Shown one piece after another: positions 19,473-31,200 of a DNA stretch of 64,000 bases (its first letter is position 1; each line of letters starts with the position of its first letter). Under the pieces are notes generated by a model. It had not been told where the DNA came from. It worked only from the letters and a program-made list of their open reading frames with translations, and did not search any database. The DNA lies in assembly GCA_963737655.1 (NCBI GenBank), contig CAVTTN010000002.1:6688001-6752000 (forward strand), given 5' to 3'. This DNA is from an uncultured Planctomycetota bacterium (lineage in GTDB: Bacteria; Planctomycetota; Planctomycetia; Isosphaerales; Isosphaeraceae). Position numbers and translations under genes: made by a program.

Positions 19473-20040
19473 GGCGAGGCCGGCCCCGGGGACCCTGCCG
19501 GCCCCGGCACCGGGCCGGCGGTCGGCTCACGGCCTCGGGGCGGGACGGCCCGCCGCTGGGGCCTCCGCCCGGGGAAACCGCCTCCTGTCGGCATGCTGGC
19601 GGGACCGCGGACGTCCGGGTGAGGCGTGGGCCGGGGCCGCCCGGCCCTCGATCCAGGAAGTGGCGAGGCCCGCCACGCCGCGAGGCCCGGGCCTCGCGGA
19701 CGGGAGCCTTGCCGCTCGTCGGTCGCGGGTTTGGCAGGGGGGCCCGGCCGGGCCTCCTCCGGAGGCCCGTCGGAGACACGTCGCGGTTTCTCGTCGTCTT
19801 TCCGCACTTCCCCGCCGCCGCCGGATGGGGCCGGGCGAGGGCTGCCGGGGTCCTGGCGACTGCCACGACGGCGCCCGAGGTCGTGGCGGGCGGGGCGATG
19901 ACTGCGCCCCCGGAGAGGTCCCGGCCCCCGGCTCGTGCCGCCGGCCCCCGGCGACCCGGCCGGCGAGCGTTCTCGGGGTTCGGGATCGCCCATCGGTCGC
20001 CCAGGCCCCGGGCCCTGTCCGGTGAACCGCAAGCGGGACC

Positions 20041-20200
20041 CGCAGTTCGACGGGGAGGCGTACCGGCGGCGGGACGTGGTGGGCGATGCGCCATGTGGCT
20101 GAAGGAGAGCCGCCGGCTGGCGACCCGCCCCGAGGAGCCGGCGGTGGACTCCCAGGCGATGGTCGGACCGGCCATGATCCGCCGCGGCTTCAAGGCCCGC
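20041..20200 (+). pseudogene. Degenerate IS5-family transposase C-terminus
   Basis: QFDGEAYRRRDVV.../WLKESRRLATRPE..AM...AMIRR matches the Y-RR-xxVE-R..WLK..RR.ATR signature, with an indel. Confidence 0.6.
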
Positions 20201-20664
20201 GGATCACCGGACGGGAGCTGGCCGAGTGGCCGGAGGCGAACGGGCCGTAAGGGCTTGCGGTCTTCGCCCCGCCGGTGGCCCCGCCCCCGATAGCGGCGGG
20301 TGATGACCGAGCCGAGGCGCCCGAACGAGGAGCCGGGGCCGCGGACTCGTTTGGCGGGGCCGTTCCCGCGCTGGCCGGCGGCCCTCCGCCTGGTCGGCGT
20401 CGTGATGCCGGAGATCGGCGACGAGCGGGAGGGGAGCCGCAAGCGGCTCGCGATGAAGCCGGACCGGCCCGCCGCCGGGCCGGGAATCCGAAGGATCGGA
20501 GTTGCACCACCCCGAAACTTATCGGCAACGACTCAAACACCCACAGCCCCTCTCGCCCCTCCTCGACCCCGGGCGCGTCGGCCCGTCCCTTGAGCCGCCG
20601 GCCGGGCGGTGGCATGATCGAGCCAACCCCACCCGGCCGCCGATCTTCGGAAGAAATTCCGGGC

Positions 20665-20694
20665 CGGCGCGCGCCCGCGACGTCGCGGGCGTCT
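20665..20694 (+). promoter_or_regulatory. Putative ECF autoregulatory promoter CGGCGCGCGC-N13-GGCGTCT
   Basis: Same boxes and spacing at 24968-24997; CGTC is a common ECF -10; A-tract upstream of both copies. Confidence 0.6.
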
Positions 20695-20712
20695 CTTCCA
20701 GGGGAGGCACCC

Positions 20713-21270
20713 ATGCCCTTCGACGACGACGCCGGCCGGCCGATGGAGAACTTCCGCGAGTACCTCCGCCTCCTGGCCAGGGGCGGGCTGGACCCGAAGC
20801 TCCGCGGCGCCCTGGACCCTTCCGACCTCGTCCAGCAGACGCTCCTGAGGGCGCACCGCCAGAGGGACCAGTTCCGCGGGTCCACCGACGGCGAGCGCGC
20901 CGCCTGGCTGCGAGCGATCCTCGCCCGCCAGATCGCCGACGCCCTCCGCCGCCACGGCCGACGCCCCGAGGGCCGCGCCCGCTCCCTGGAGGCGGCCCTG
21001 GAGGCGTCCTCGGCGCGGCTCGGCGACTGGCTGGCCGCCGAGGCGCCCTCGCCCAGCCGCGTGGCGATGGGCCGGGAGCGGCTCCTGGCGATGGTCGAGG
21101 CGCTGGCCTCGCTGCCCGAGGACCAGAGGACGGCCCTGGAGCTGCGCCACCTCCGCGGCCTGTCGGTCCCCGAGGTCTGCTCAGCGATGGGCCGCACCCT
21201 CCCGGCCGTCGCCGGGCTGCTGCATCGCGGCCTGAAATCCCTGCGCGAGAGGATGGAGGAGGAGCCATGA
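20713..21270 (+). CDS. ECF sigma factor (planctomycete kinase-associated type), ECF-1
   Basis: YLRLLAR..LDPSDLVQQTLLRAH..QFRG, LPEDQRTALELRH..AVAGLLHRG; ATGA overlap with the kinase. Confidence 0.9.
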   Translation: MPFDDDAGRPMENFREYLRLLARGGLDPKLRGALDPSDLVQQTLLRAHRQRDQFRGSTDGERAAWLRAILARQIADALRRHGRRPEGRARSLEAALEASSARLGDWLAAEAPSPSRVAMGRERLLAMVEALASLPEDQRTALELRHLRGLSVPEVCSAMGRTLPAVAGLLHRGLKSLRERMEEEP

Positions 21271-24200
21271 CCGACGCCCCCGCCGCCGACGTCCCGGACC
21301 GCGAGCGACGCCTGTACGAGGCCCTGGGCGACTACTTCGCCGCCGTCGAGGCCGGCCTCGACCCCGACCGCTCCGCCCTGATCGCCCGCCACCCCGACCT
21401 CGCCGACTCGCTCGCCGAGTTCTTCTCCGGCCAGGACCGATTCCACCTCGCCGTCGGGCCTCTGCGCCCGTCGTGGGCGACGACCACGACGGGCCGTCCC
21501 CCGACCCGGCGCACACCGACGGCTCCGGGGGGATGGCCCCGCGTCGGCCCTCGCCAAGCGCCCGGACCTCGCTCTGGACCGACGGCGAGCGGCCGCCCGG
21601 GCTGGCCCTCCGCGACCCCGACCCGGCCGACGGCCCGCCCGGACTGCCCCGCCCCGGCCCCCTGCCAAGCTTCGCCGACGACGGCCGGCCGCCCCGCTAT
21701 CAACTCCTGGGCGAGATCGCCCGAGGGGGCATGGGGGCCGTGATCCGCGGCCGGGACGCCGACCTCGGCCGCGACCTGGCCATCAAGGTCCAGCTCGAAG
21801 CCCACCGCGACGACCCCGAGATGCTCCGCCGGTTCGTCGAGGAGGCGCAAATCGGCGGCCAGCTCCAGCACCCCGGGATCGTCCCGGTCTACGACCTCGG
21901 GGCCCTGGCCGACCGCCGCGCCTTCTTCGCCATGAAGCTCGTGCGAGGCCGCACGCTCTCGGCCCTCCTGCGCCAGCGCCCCGAGCCGTCGGCGGACCTG
22001 CCCCGCTACCTCGGCATCTTCGAGCAAGTGGCGCAGACGCTCGCCTACGCCCACGCCCGGGGCGTGATCCACCGCGACCTGAAGCCGTCGAACGTGATGG
22101 TCGGCTCGTTCGGCGAGGTCCAGGTGATGGACTGGGGACTCGCCAAGGTCCTCAAGGAGGGCGGAGAGGCCGACGACGATGCGGCCTCGCGGCCGGACGC
22201 CGGAGCCGGCGCCGTCCGCACCGTCCGCAGCGGCTCGGACGCCGCCGACTCCCGGGCCGGCTCCGTGCTCGGGACGCCCGCCTACATGCCGCCGGAGCAG
22301 GCCCGAGGGGAGATCGACCGCCTCGACGAGCGCGCCGACGTCTTCGGCCTCGGAGCCATCCTCTGCGAGATCCTGACCGGCAAGCCGCCGTTCGTCGGCG
22401 GCACGGCGGCCGAGCTTCGCGACCGCTCCGCCCGCGGCGACCTCGCCGACGCCCTCAGCCGCCTCGATTCCTGCGGCGCCGACGCCGAAATCCTCGACCT
22501 CGCCCGCTCCTGCCTCTCGGCCGACCCGCAATCTCGCCCTCGGGACGCCCGCATCGTCGCTGGGCGGATCACGGCCCATCTCGTGGGCGTCCAGGACCGC
22601 CTCCGAGCCTCGGAGCTGGCCCGCGTCGCCGCCCAGGCCCACGCCGAGGAAGAGGCCCGACGACGACGCCTGACCGTGGCCCTGGCCGGCGCGATCCTCG
22701 CCCTCGTCGTCGTCGGCGGCGGGGCCATCGGGCGGTCGATCCAGCAACGCCGGGTGCGCGACACCCGCATCGTCGCCCTCCTGGACGAGGCCGGCCGCGC
22801 CCTGGACCGCACCGAGAGGGCCGCGGGGCCCCAGGCGACCGCCGCGCGCGAGGCGGCGCGGACCGCCCTCACCACCGCCGAGGAGCTGCTCGGGCGGCGA
22901 TCCCGGGGGCGAACTCGCGGGCCGCCTCGACGCCTCCCGACGGAGGCTGGCGGCCACCGATCGCATCCGGCGCCTGGTCGCCGACCTGGAAGCGATCCGC
23001 GAGGAGTTCGCCGACATTCGGGACGCGGCGAGGTTGGAAGCCGCTTTCTCTGGGGCGTTCCGCGACTTCGGGTGGGACCCGGACCATCCCTCGAATCTCG
23101 ATGCCGGATTGGACCTCGCCATGGTCAGACGACAGGCCGGCGCCGAGATCGCGGTGGCCCTGGACAATTGGTCGAGCTTGCGCCGCGCCTGGGCGCGTGC
23201 GAGCGTAGCCTCGCCGCTGCGATCGCTCGCGGCGGCCTCGCACGCGCTCGATCCCGATCCCTGGAGGGACGGACTCCGAGCCGTGCTGGATCGTCCCGCA
23301 GACGAGGCCCGGGAGGCCCTGCTGCGGCTGGCCGACGACGAGGCCACGTTGCGACGCCAGCCGGCCGCGAGCCTGGTCCTGCTGGCCCAGGAGATCCGGG
23401 CTCTGCCTGACCGGGACCGCTCGGCGGCGATCCTTCGGGCCGCCTGGTCTCGGTTCCCCGGAGACTTCTGGATCGCGCACGACCTGGGGACGATCTCGGG
23501 GGCTCATGGACGATATAACAACCCCGAGGAAGCCGTCCGCTTCCTGACCGCCGCCATTGCGATTCGCCCCGGAAGCAGCGATGCTCACTTCGACCTCGGC
23601 CGAGTCTTGCATAACAAGGGGGACCTCGACGGCGCGGAAGCGGAGTGTCGCGAGGCGATCCGACTCAAGCCCGATCACTCTGGGGCTCACTTGAACCTCG
23701 GCGTCGCCCTGCGCCACAAGGGAGACCTCGACGGCGCATTAGCGGAGTATCGCGAGGCGATCCGACTCCAGCCCGATGACGCAGGGGCTCACAGGAACCT
23801 CGGCGGCGCATTGCTTGGAAAGGGGGACCTCGACGGCGCATTAGCGGAGTGTCGCGAGGCGATCCGACTCCAGCCCGATCTCGCAGACGCTCACAGCAAC
23901 CTCGGCGGCGCCCTGCAGGACAAGGGGGACCTCGACGGCGCATTAGCGGAGTATCGCGAGGCGATCCGACTCAAGCCTGATCACGCAGGGGCTCACTTGA
24001 ACCTCGGCGACGCATTGCTTGACAAGAGGGAACTCGACGGCGCGGTAGCGGAGTATCGCGAGGCGATCCGACTCAAGCCCGATCACGCAGGGGCTCACAA
24101 CAACCTCGGCCAGACGCTCCAGGCGCAGGGTCGCTACACCGAAGCCCTCGCAGAAATCCGTACCGGTCACGCGCTGGGCTCCCGACTTCCCGACTGGAGA

Positions 24201-24761
24201 TATCCATCGGCTCAATGGGTCGCCGAGGCCGAGCGAATGGTGGCCCTGTCCTCACGGCTTCCGACCGTCTTGCGGGGAGAAGACCGGCCCCGCGATCCCG
24301 CCGAAATCTTCGTGCTGGCCACGATCGCCTCTCAACGATCCCTCTATATGGGCGCCGCCCGGCTCTACGCCGGGGCACTCGACACCAACCCCAAGCTCGC
24401 CGAGGACCGCACCGCCCAGCACGCCTACAACGCCGCCTGCTGCGCCGCCCTGGCCGGATGCGGTCGGGGGAAGGATGACCCCCCGCCCGACGAGGCCGCC
24501 CGGGCGAAGCTGCGGGCGCAGGCCCTGGGCTGGCTCCGCGAGGAGGCGTCGGCCTGGAAGCGCGCGGCCCTGACCGCCGGCGATCCCGACCGGCCGAGCG
24601 TCGCCCCGACGCTCGCTCACTGGAAAGTCGATCCCGACCTCGCCGGTGTCCGCGACCCGGACGCGCTGGCGAAGCTGCCGGAAGCCGAGCGGGCCGCCTG
24701 GAAGGCGCTCTGGGACCACGTCGAGGCCCTGAGGAAGAAGGTCGCCCCGATCGGCCGTTGA
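21267..24761 (+). CDS. Ser/Thr protein kinase with TM segment and TPR repeats; frameshifts near 21475 and 22900
   Basis: ARGGMGAV, LAIK, HRDLKPSN, MDWGLAK, GTPAYMPPEQ; TPR array; C-terminal YNAAC..DPDLAGVRD. Confidence 0.85.
23580..24110 (+). repeat. Five 102-bp in-frame tandem repeats (34-aa TPR)
   Basis: KGDLDGA(L)AE(Y/C)REAIRL(K/Q)PD recurs with 102-bp period and high DNA identity. Confidence 0.9.
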
Positions 24762-24967
24762 CGGATGGGGCTCGTCCGCCGACGGGGGCTCCCGATTCGG
24801 GGAGCCGCCTCGCGGCGGGCCAGGCCGGGCACGGTGCGCCCATCTCTCCCGCCCGCCCGATCCGGCGAGGGAGGCGCTCGCCCGGGCGTGGATTGGCCGC
24901 GATCGGGGCGAGTCCGGGCCGACGGGCCCCGCTCCGCATCCGACCTTGTGGAAAAAAATCTCGCCGT

Positions 24968-24997
24968 CGGCGCGCGCTGGATGCGGGGGCGGCGTCT
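24968..24997 (+). promoter_or_regulatory. Putative ECF-1 target promoter CGGCGCGCGC-N13-GGCGTCT
   Basis: Identical boxes and spacing to 20665-20694; preceded by ggaaaaaaatc. Confidence 0.6.
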
Positions 24998-25177
24998 GGG
25001 AGGGTAGACGACGGCGGCGGGGCATGGGGCCCGGCCGCCCAGGGGCTCGCGAGGTCCGGCGATGTCTTCGCCCGGCACGCTCGCGAGCCGACCGACCCCC
25101 TCGGGCGACCGGCCTGCACGCCCGGGGCATCCTGCGACCCACCCGACGCGGGCCGGGATTCGATGGAGATTCCGACC

Positions 25178-26806
25178 ATGACGCCCTTCCGCAACCCCCT
25201 GGCCCGATTTCGCACGACCGAACGCCTCCCCCGCCGCGGGCGCCGGGAGCTCCGATTCGAGGCCCTCGAAGGGCGCGCCCTGCTCTCGGGGATCGCCACC
25301 ATCACCGAGTTCCCCGCGGCGAGCGTCAACGCCGCGACCGGCGGGATCGTGGCAGGCCCCGACGGAAACCTCTGGTTCACCGAATCCGCGACCAACGCGA
25401 TCGGCATGATCAACCCGACCACTCACGCGGTCAGTTCCTTCGCCACTCCCACGGCGAGTTCGGACCCATGGGGAATCACGGTGGGAGCCGACGGCAACCT
25501 CTGGTTCACCGAACAGGGCGCGAACAAGGTCGGCATGATCAACCCAGCAACTCACGTCATGAGCGAGTTCGACACTCCGACCACCAACTCGGGTCCCAGG
25601 GCGATCACGGCAGGCCCAGACGGCAACCTCTGGTTCACCGAGATCCATTCCTACAAGATCGGGGTCATCAACCCGACGACCCATGCCATGAGCGAGTTCG
25701 CCCTGACGAACTCGGCCGTCGTCATGGGCGACGGAATCACCGCGGGCTCCGACGGCAACATCTGGTTCTGCGACCAGGGCTGGCAGGAGGTGGGGATGAT
25801 CAGCCCGACCACCCACGCCATTTCGTTTTTCGGGGTCGGAAAGTCAGCTTGGGGAATCGCATCCGGACCCGACGGTAACCTTTGGTTCACGGGGAATGGG
25901 TTCAACGGCACACCCAGGGGCATCGGCACCATCAACCCGACCACCCACGCCGTCTCTTCCTACACCACGGTTCCGATACCGCGGGGCATTACGACAGGCT
26001 CCGACAACAACCTCTGGTTCCTGGAGCCGAATAATGGCCAGATCGGCCGGATCGCTCCGACCACCGGCACCATCACCGAGTACCCGATCCCTTCGGTCAG
26101 CACGACCGGTGACAGCCTCACGACTGGCCCCGACGGCAACCTCTGGTTCATTGATAGCAACAACAACGCGATCGGCGAAGCCACCCTCACCACGTCTCAA
26201 CTCGTCGTGACGCAACGGCCGAGCACGGTCACCGCGGGCAACCTGTTCGGGCTCACGGTCGCGGCGGAGGATTCCTCGGGGAACCTCCTGACCTCGTACA
26301 ACGGCCCCCTGACGGTGTCTCTCGGGAACAACCCCGGCGGTGGCACGCTCGGCGGCACGCTCACGGCGACGGCGACGGACGGCGTGGCCACGTTCTCGGG
26401 GCTATCTCTCACGACGGCCGCGACGGGCTACACGCTGGGGGTCTCCGGCGGCGGGTTCGGGATCGGGACGACGTCGGCCTTCGCCGTGACGCCCGCGGCG
26501 GCCACGCAGATCGTGGTCACCTCGCAGCCGCCGTCGAGCGTCGCGACCAACACGGCGTTCACCGTCGTCGCGACCATCGAGGACCAGTACGGCAACGTCG
26601 TGACCTCGGCCAACAACTCGGTGACGGTGTCGCTGGGGAGCAACCCGGGCGGCTCGACGCTGGGCGGGACGACGACCGCCACGGCCGTGGACGGGGTCGT
26701 CACGTTCTCGGCCCTGAAGCTGAACAAGAAGGGCAAGGGATACACGCTCCGGCTCGCCTCGGCGGGGCTGACGGGGGCGACGACCTCCGCGTTCAACGTC
26801 TCCTGA
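25178..26806 (+). CDS. Extracellular Vgb-like beta-propeller plus two Ig-like domains, with planctomycete LEPRxLL-type leader
   Basis: LRFEALEGRALLS; seven G(P/A/S)D(G/N)N(L/I)WF blades; two '...GVATFS.L.L....GYTL' domains. Confidence 0.85.
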   Translation: MTPFRNPLARFRTTERLPRRGRRELRFEALEGRALLSGIATITEFPAASVNAATGGIVAGPDGNLWFTESATNAIGMINPTTHAVSSFATPTASSDPWGITVGADGNLWFTEQGANKVGMINPATHVMSEFDTPTTNSGPRAITAGPDGNLWFTEIHSYKIGVINPTTHAMSEFALTNSAVVMGDGITAGSDGNIWFCDQGWQEVGMISPTTHAISFFGVGKSAWGIASGPDGNLWFTGNGFNGTPRGIGTINPTTHAVSSYTTVPIPRGITTGSDNNLWFLEPNNGQIGRIAPTTGTITEYPIPSVSTTGDSLTTGPDGNLWFIDSNNNAIGEATLTTSQLVVTQRPSTVTAGNLFGLTVAAEDSSGNLLTSYNGPLTVSLGNNPGGGTLGGTLTATATDGVATFSGLSLTTAATGYTLGVSGGGFGIGTTSAFAVTPAAATQIVVTSQPPSSVATNTAFTVVATIEDQYGNVVTSANNSVTVSLGSNPGGSTLGGTTTATAVDGVVTFSALKLNKKGKGYTLRLASAGLTGATTSAFNVS

Positions 26807-28286
26807 GGCGTCGCCGACGGGGCGAGTCCCCGGGGCGACGGCGGCCCCTCGGCCGCGCCCCCGGGCCGCCCCGCCGGTGGGGATCGGCCCGGCCGTCGCC
26901 GGTGCCGAAAGGCACGGCCCTCCGGGCTGCCGATGCGCCGGGAGCGGTGCGAGTGCTCGGGATCTCGGCCGGGTCGCCGGGATCGTCGCGACGGCCCCGG
27001 CACCGGCGACGAGGTCTCTCGCCGATGCTGACCAGGCCCCGGGCGTCCCCCTTGCGGTGCCGGCCGGGCGGACGGACCCACGGGCCGACCCGCTGGGTGC
27101 TCGAGTGCCGGGGCCGCCTCGGGACGAGGTCGGCGGCCGCCGGCGGCCTCGCCTCGGCCTCGCCGGCGCGCCGGTCGGAAGGCGTGGGACATCGGTGAAG
27201 GGCATCGGGCGGGTACCGGAGGTGGAACGTCCCCGGCCCGTCGCCGTCGATCTGGAGGGCGGCGAGGTAGGCGGCCGCGGGCCCGGAACGGGCGGCCGTG
27301 ACGGGGCCTGTCCCCGGGATCAGTCACGTGTCCGAATGGCCCCTTGGCGGCGAGGCGGATCCACCCGGACCGAAGGGGGACGCCTGCGGCGGGCCCGGCC
27401 GGCCCGGGCGCGTCTCGGCGCCAGGAAAATGCCCTCGTCGCCCCCCGGGTCGACCCGGGGGGCGACGAGGCGGGGGTGGTTTCAGGGGGTCGCGGTCCGT
27501 CCGCCTCACCGCCGGGCGACGAGCAGGGCGAGGGCCCCGCCGGCCGTGGTTCCTCCCGGGGTTGCGACAAAACCCAGGGGCCTGTAGGGCGGACCCGGCG
27601 GGGGTGGCCCTTCGGCGCTGGTCGAGCCATGGATCGGCGGTGGGGCCCGGCCGGGCCCCCTTCGCGGCGAAGGTCCGGAAGGATCGAGGGCGGGTCCTCG
27701 ACGACGCTCGTCGGCGAATCCCCCGACGGGCCGGTCGTGATCGAAGGGCGATCGGCCACGTCGGCCCTGGACCATCGCTCGGCGGATGCCCTCGCGGGGG
27801 GCGGGTACTCAGTCGTCCGAAGACCCATATCTGCCTCCGCCGCGGCCGCCCGCGCCGGTCGGCCCTGGGCCCCTCGACGAACTTCAGGACGGGAGGGCCG
27901 GGTGTGGCCTGGTGGCCTCGGTCATCTTCGAGGGACCTGAAGACCGCCCCGTCGGCGCCGGGGTCGGCCCCATCCGGCGAGGCCGCCGTGCGAAGGGGGC
28001 CATCCGTGGGATCGACGTCGCGGCGACGCTGCCCGCCCGGCCGGGGAGCCCGCGTGGGATGCCCTCGGTCGGCTCGTCGGGGCGGGCCTGACGGGCCGGC
28101 CGGTGCCGGGGACGCGCCCCTCGGGGGTCCTTCCGGCCCCGCCCTCGCGGCCGCGGCTGACCGATGAGGCGGGCTTTCGGCGATCCCCGGCCGGCCGGCA
28201 CGACGGTTACGGAGGACGGCCCCGACCGGGGCACCTCGGGCGTCCCGGCTCGGCCCGCCCCGGCGCTGTCTCGCCCGGGCCGGGCC

Positions 28287-31200
28287 TTATCGACCCTTCC
28301 TTTTCCCTCGGGCGCGGGCGGCATCGAGGTGCCCCGGGGCGGGCCGGGCGGGCCCGTGGATCGCCGGGCGGAGCCTCACGAGCGTCTTCCTCGTGATCGC
28401 AGTGGAGAAATCGGTCCCGGGCGCCCCGGAGCCGGCCAGGGGGAGGCCCGAGGGGCCGGCGATCCCCCCGGGCGGCGTGCCGACGACCGTCAGCCGATAG
28501 GCCCTGTGGACGTCCAGGAGCCGCCTCGGCGTCAGCAGGACGGTCCTCCCGTCCGAGGCGAGCTTGACCGAGGCCAGGCCGATCGGCCGGCCGCCCGGAT
28601 CGGTGATCCGGTAGTTCGCCGGGTCGGTGGCGCGGGCCGGGTCGACCGCCTCGCTGAAGGTGACGACCAGCGTCGTCGGCTCGGCATGGAAGCCGTAGCG
28701 CGCCACGCCCGACACCGTCGGCGCCTCGGGGGCCGGGGACCCAATGGCCGGGGGCGTCGAGGGGGCCGCGACGAGCAGGACGACCGGGGCCGAGGCGGCG
28801 GCCCTCAGCGACGCGTCCCCTCCGAAGATGGCGCTCAGGGTGTGAGACCCCGGGGACAGGGTCGAGACGACGACCGCGGCCCGGCCGCCGGGGCCCAGCG
28901 GGGCCGTAGCGATCGGCGCCAGGCCGTCGTAGAACGTGACCGTCCCCGACGGCCCCACCGGACCGGAGACCGAGGCCGACAGCGTGACTGGCGCCCCCGC
29001 CTCCGCCGGGTCGGGCGAGGCGGAGAACGCCGTCGAGGCCGCCGCCCGGCCCACGTCCACCGAGGCCGAGGAGGCGCTCGGCGTCGAGGTCGAGTCGCCC
29101 CCGTAGGCGGCCGTGATCGTGTGAGGGCCGGCCGGGAGCGAGGGGTCGGTGAGCGAGGCGGTCGCCGACGATCCGCCGGGCGCCTCAACGAGCGGCACCG
29201 TCGCCACGGCCGAGCCGTCGACGGAGAACGTCACCGCGCCGCCCGGGGACGCCGGCCCCGTCACCGAGGCCGTGATCGTGACGGGCTGGCCGACGGTCGG
29301 CGCCTCGGGGGAGGCGGCCAGGGTCGTCGTCGTGGCCGCCCGGGCGACCTCCTGGGCGATCGCCGCCGAGGTGCTGGGGGCGAGGTCGGCGTCTCCTCCG
29401 TACGAGGCGGAGATCTGATGGCCGCCGACGCCCAGCCCCGAGAGGACGAACGAGGCCGACGCCGAGAGCCCGTCGGCCGAGGCCACGACCGGCACGGCCG
29501 CAACCTCCTGGCCATCGACCGAGAAGGCCACGGAGCCGCTCGGCCCGCCCCGCGGCGAGTTCCCCGAGACCGTCGCGGTGAGCGTGACGGCCTGCCCCAG
29601 GGACGAGGGATTCGGGGAGGCGGCCAGGGAGGTCGTCGTCGGCGCGGCGGTGACGGTCGTGGACGCGGTGGCCGAGTCGTCGGTCGGGTCGGGGTCGGCC
29701 ACCGGAGAGGCCGCCGAGAGCGTGTCGACGACCGCCCCGAGCGCCGTGGCCGTGCCCGAGACGGTCACGGTGAACGACGCCCCGGCCGGGAGGTCCGGGA
29801 CCAGGACGGTCAGCCTGCCGCCGACGATCGAGAGATCCCCCATCGAGGCCGCGGCGGAGGCATCGGCCAGCGAGGGGGGGAGGTCGTCGGTCGCGACGAC
29901 GCCCGAGGCGGGGTCGGGGCCCCGATTGGTGATCGTGAACACGTCGGAGATCGTCCCCCCGATCGCGACCGTCCCGGAGGGGGGAGCCGCCGAGGCCGAG
30001 AGGTCGGCGACGAGGAGGGTCCCCTTCTGGACGTCCCGGGCGAACTCGGAGGTGTTGCCGTCGGGGTCGGTGGCGGTGGCGGTGAAGAACCGGCCGCGGA
30101 GGTCGCCCGGGGCGACGAACGAGAAGCTCGCGTCACCGTCCGGGTCGGTCATCACCGAGATCTGGCCCAGGTAGGTCCGGCCCTGGCCGAAGCCCGAGGG
30201 GTCGGGCAAGGGATCGGCGAAGAACTGGACGAGGAACGCGGCGCTGGCGGCGCTGTTCAGGGTGCCGAAGATTGTGGACGAATCGGCCGAGGTCGCGGCC
30301 CCGATCAGGACGGGATAATTCTGGAGGTCGTTGGCCCCCTGGTGGGGCCCTCCCGGGGTGTTCGGGGTCACGCCGTCGCCCCCGAGGTCGATGCCGAGCT
30401 TCGCGTTGTCGTGGATCGAATTCGAGAGGATCGAGTTATCGTCCTGGGGCCCCGGCTCGACGAGGACTCCGGCCCCCCCGTTGTAGGCGATCACGTTGGC
30501 AGAATCGCGAGAGCCGCCGATCTGGTTGCCGGGGCCGCGATAGGTGGAGGTGGAATCCTCGCCCTGGATCAGGATGCCGTCGACGGCGTTGCCGAAGGCC
30601 CGGGCCCCGGAAGAATCGGTTCCGAGGAAATTGCCCTGGACGAGCGTGGGCCGGTACTGACTGGGGTCGCCCAGGACGAGCCCGTTTCGTCCGTTGCCCG
30701 AGATCACGTTGCCGGAACCGGCGACCGTCCCCCCGATCGTGTCCTCGTTCCCGGCCTCGTCGTAGCCCCCGACCGCGTCGAGCCCGTCATCGGCGTTGCC
30801 CAGCGCCGCGGTCTGGTCGCGGTTCAGGCCGATGATATTCCCCTCGATGAGATTCGCGCCGGTTTCATGGAAGAGGAGGCCATCGGCCAGGTTGCCCGAG
30901 ATGATATTGCCGGCGCCGACGACGGTCCCGCCGATCGTATTCGTCGAGGAGAAGAAATCCTGGATGCCGCTCCCCCCGTTGCCCAGGGCGATCATCCCGG
31001 AGACGTCGGTGCCGATCTCGTTGCCCTGGATGACGTCGTCGGTGGCCCCCTCGGCGTCCATCGAGATCCCGTCCATGAGGTTCGCCGAGATCACGTTCCC
31101 CTGGCCGGGGGCTGTCCCGCCGATCAGGTCGAAGGCCCCTTCGAGACGGAGCCCGTCGCCCCCGTTGCCCAGGGGCTTCGTGCCGCCGATGTCCGTGCCG

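Noticed and set aside
23580..24110. Regularly spaced repeats resembling a CRISPR array
   Set aside because: 102-bp in-frame TPR units; the 'spacers' are homologous; no cas genes.
25178..26806. Virginiamycin B lyase resistance gene
   Set aside because: Only the propeller repeat pattern matches; the export-type leader and Ig domains point to a surface protein.
26810..28280. Genes or structured RNA in long GC-rich spacers (also 43075-44190)
   Set aside because: No ORF with credible composition; hairpins are expected by chance at this GC content.
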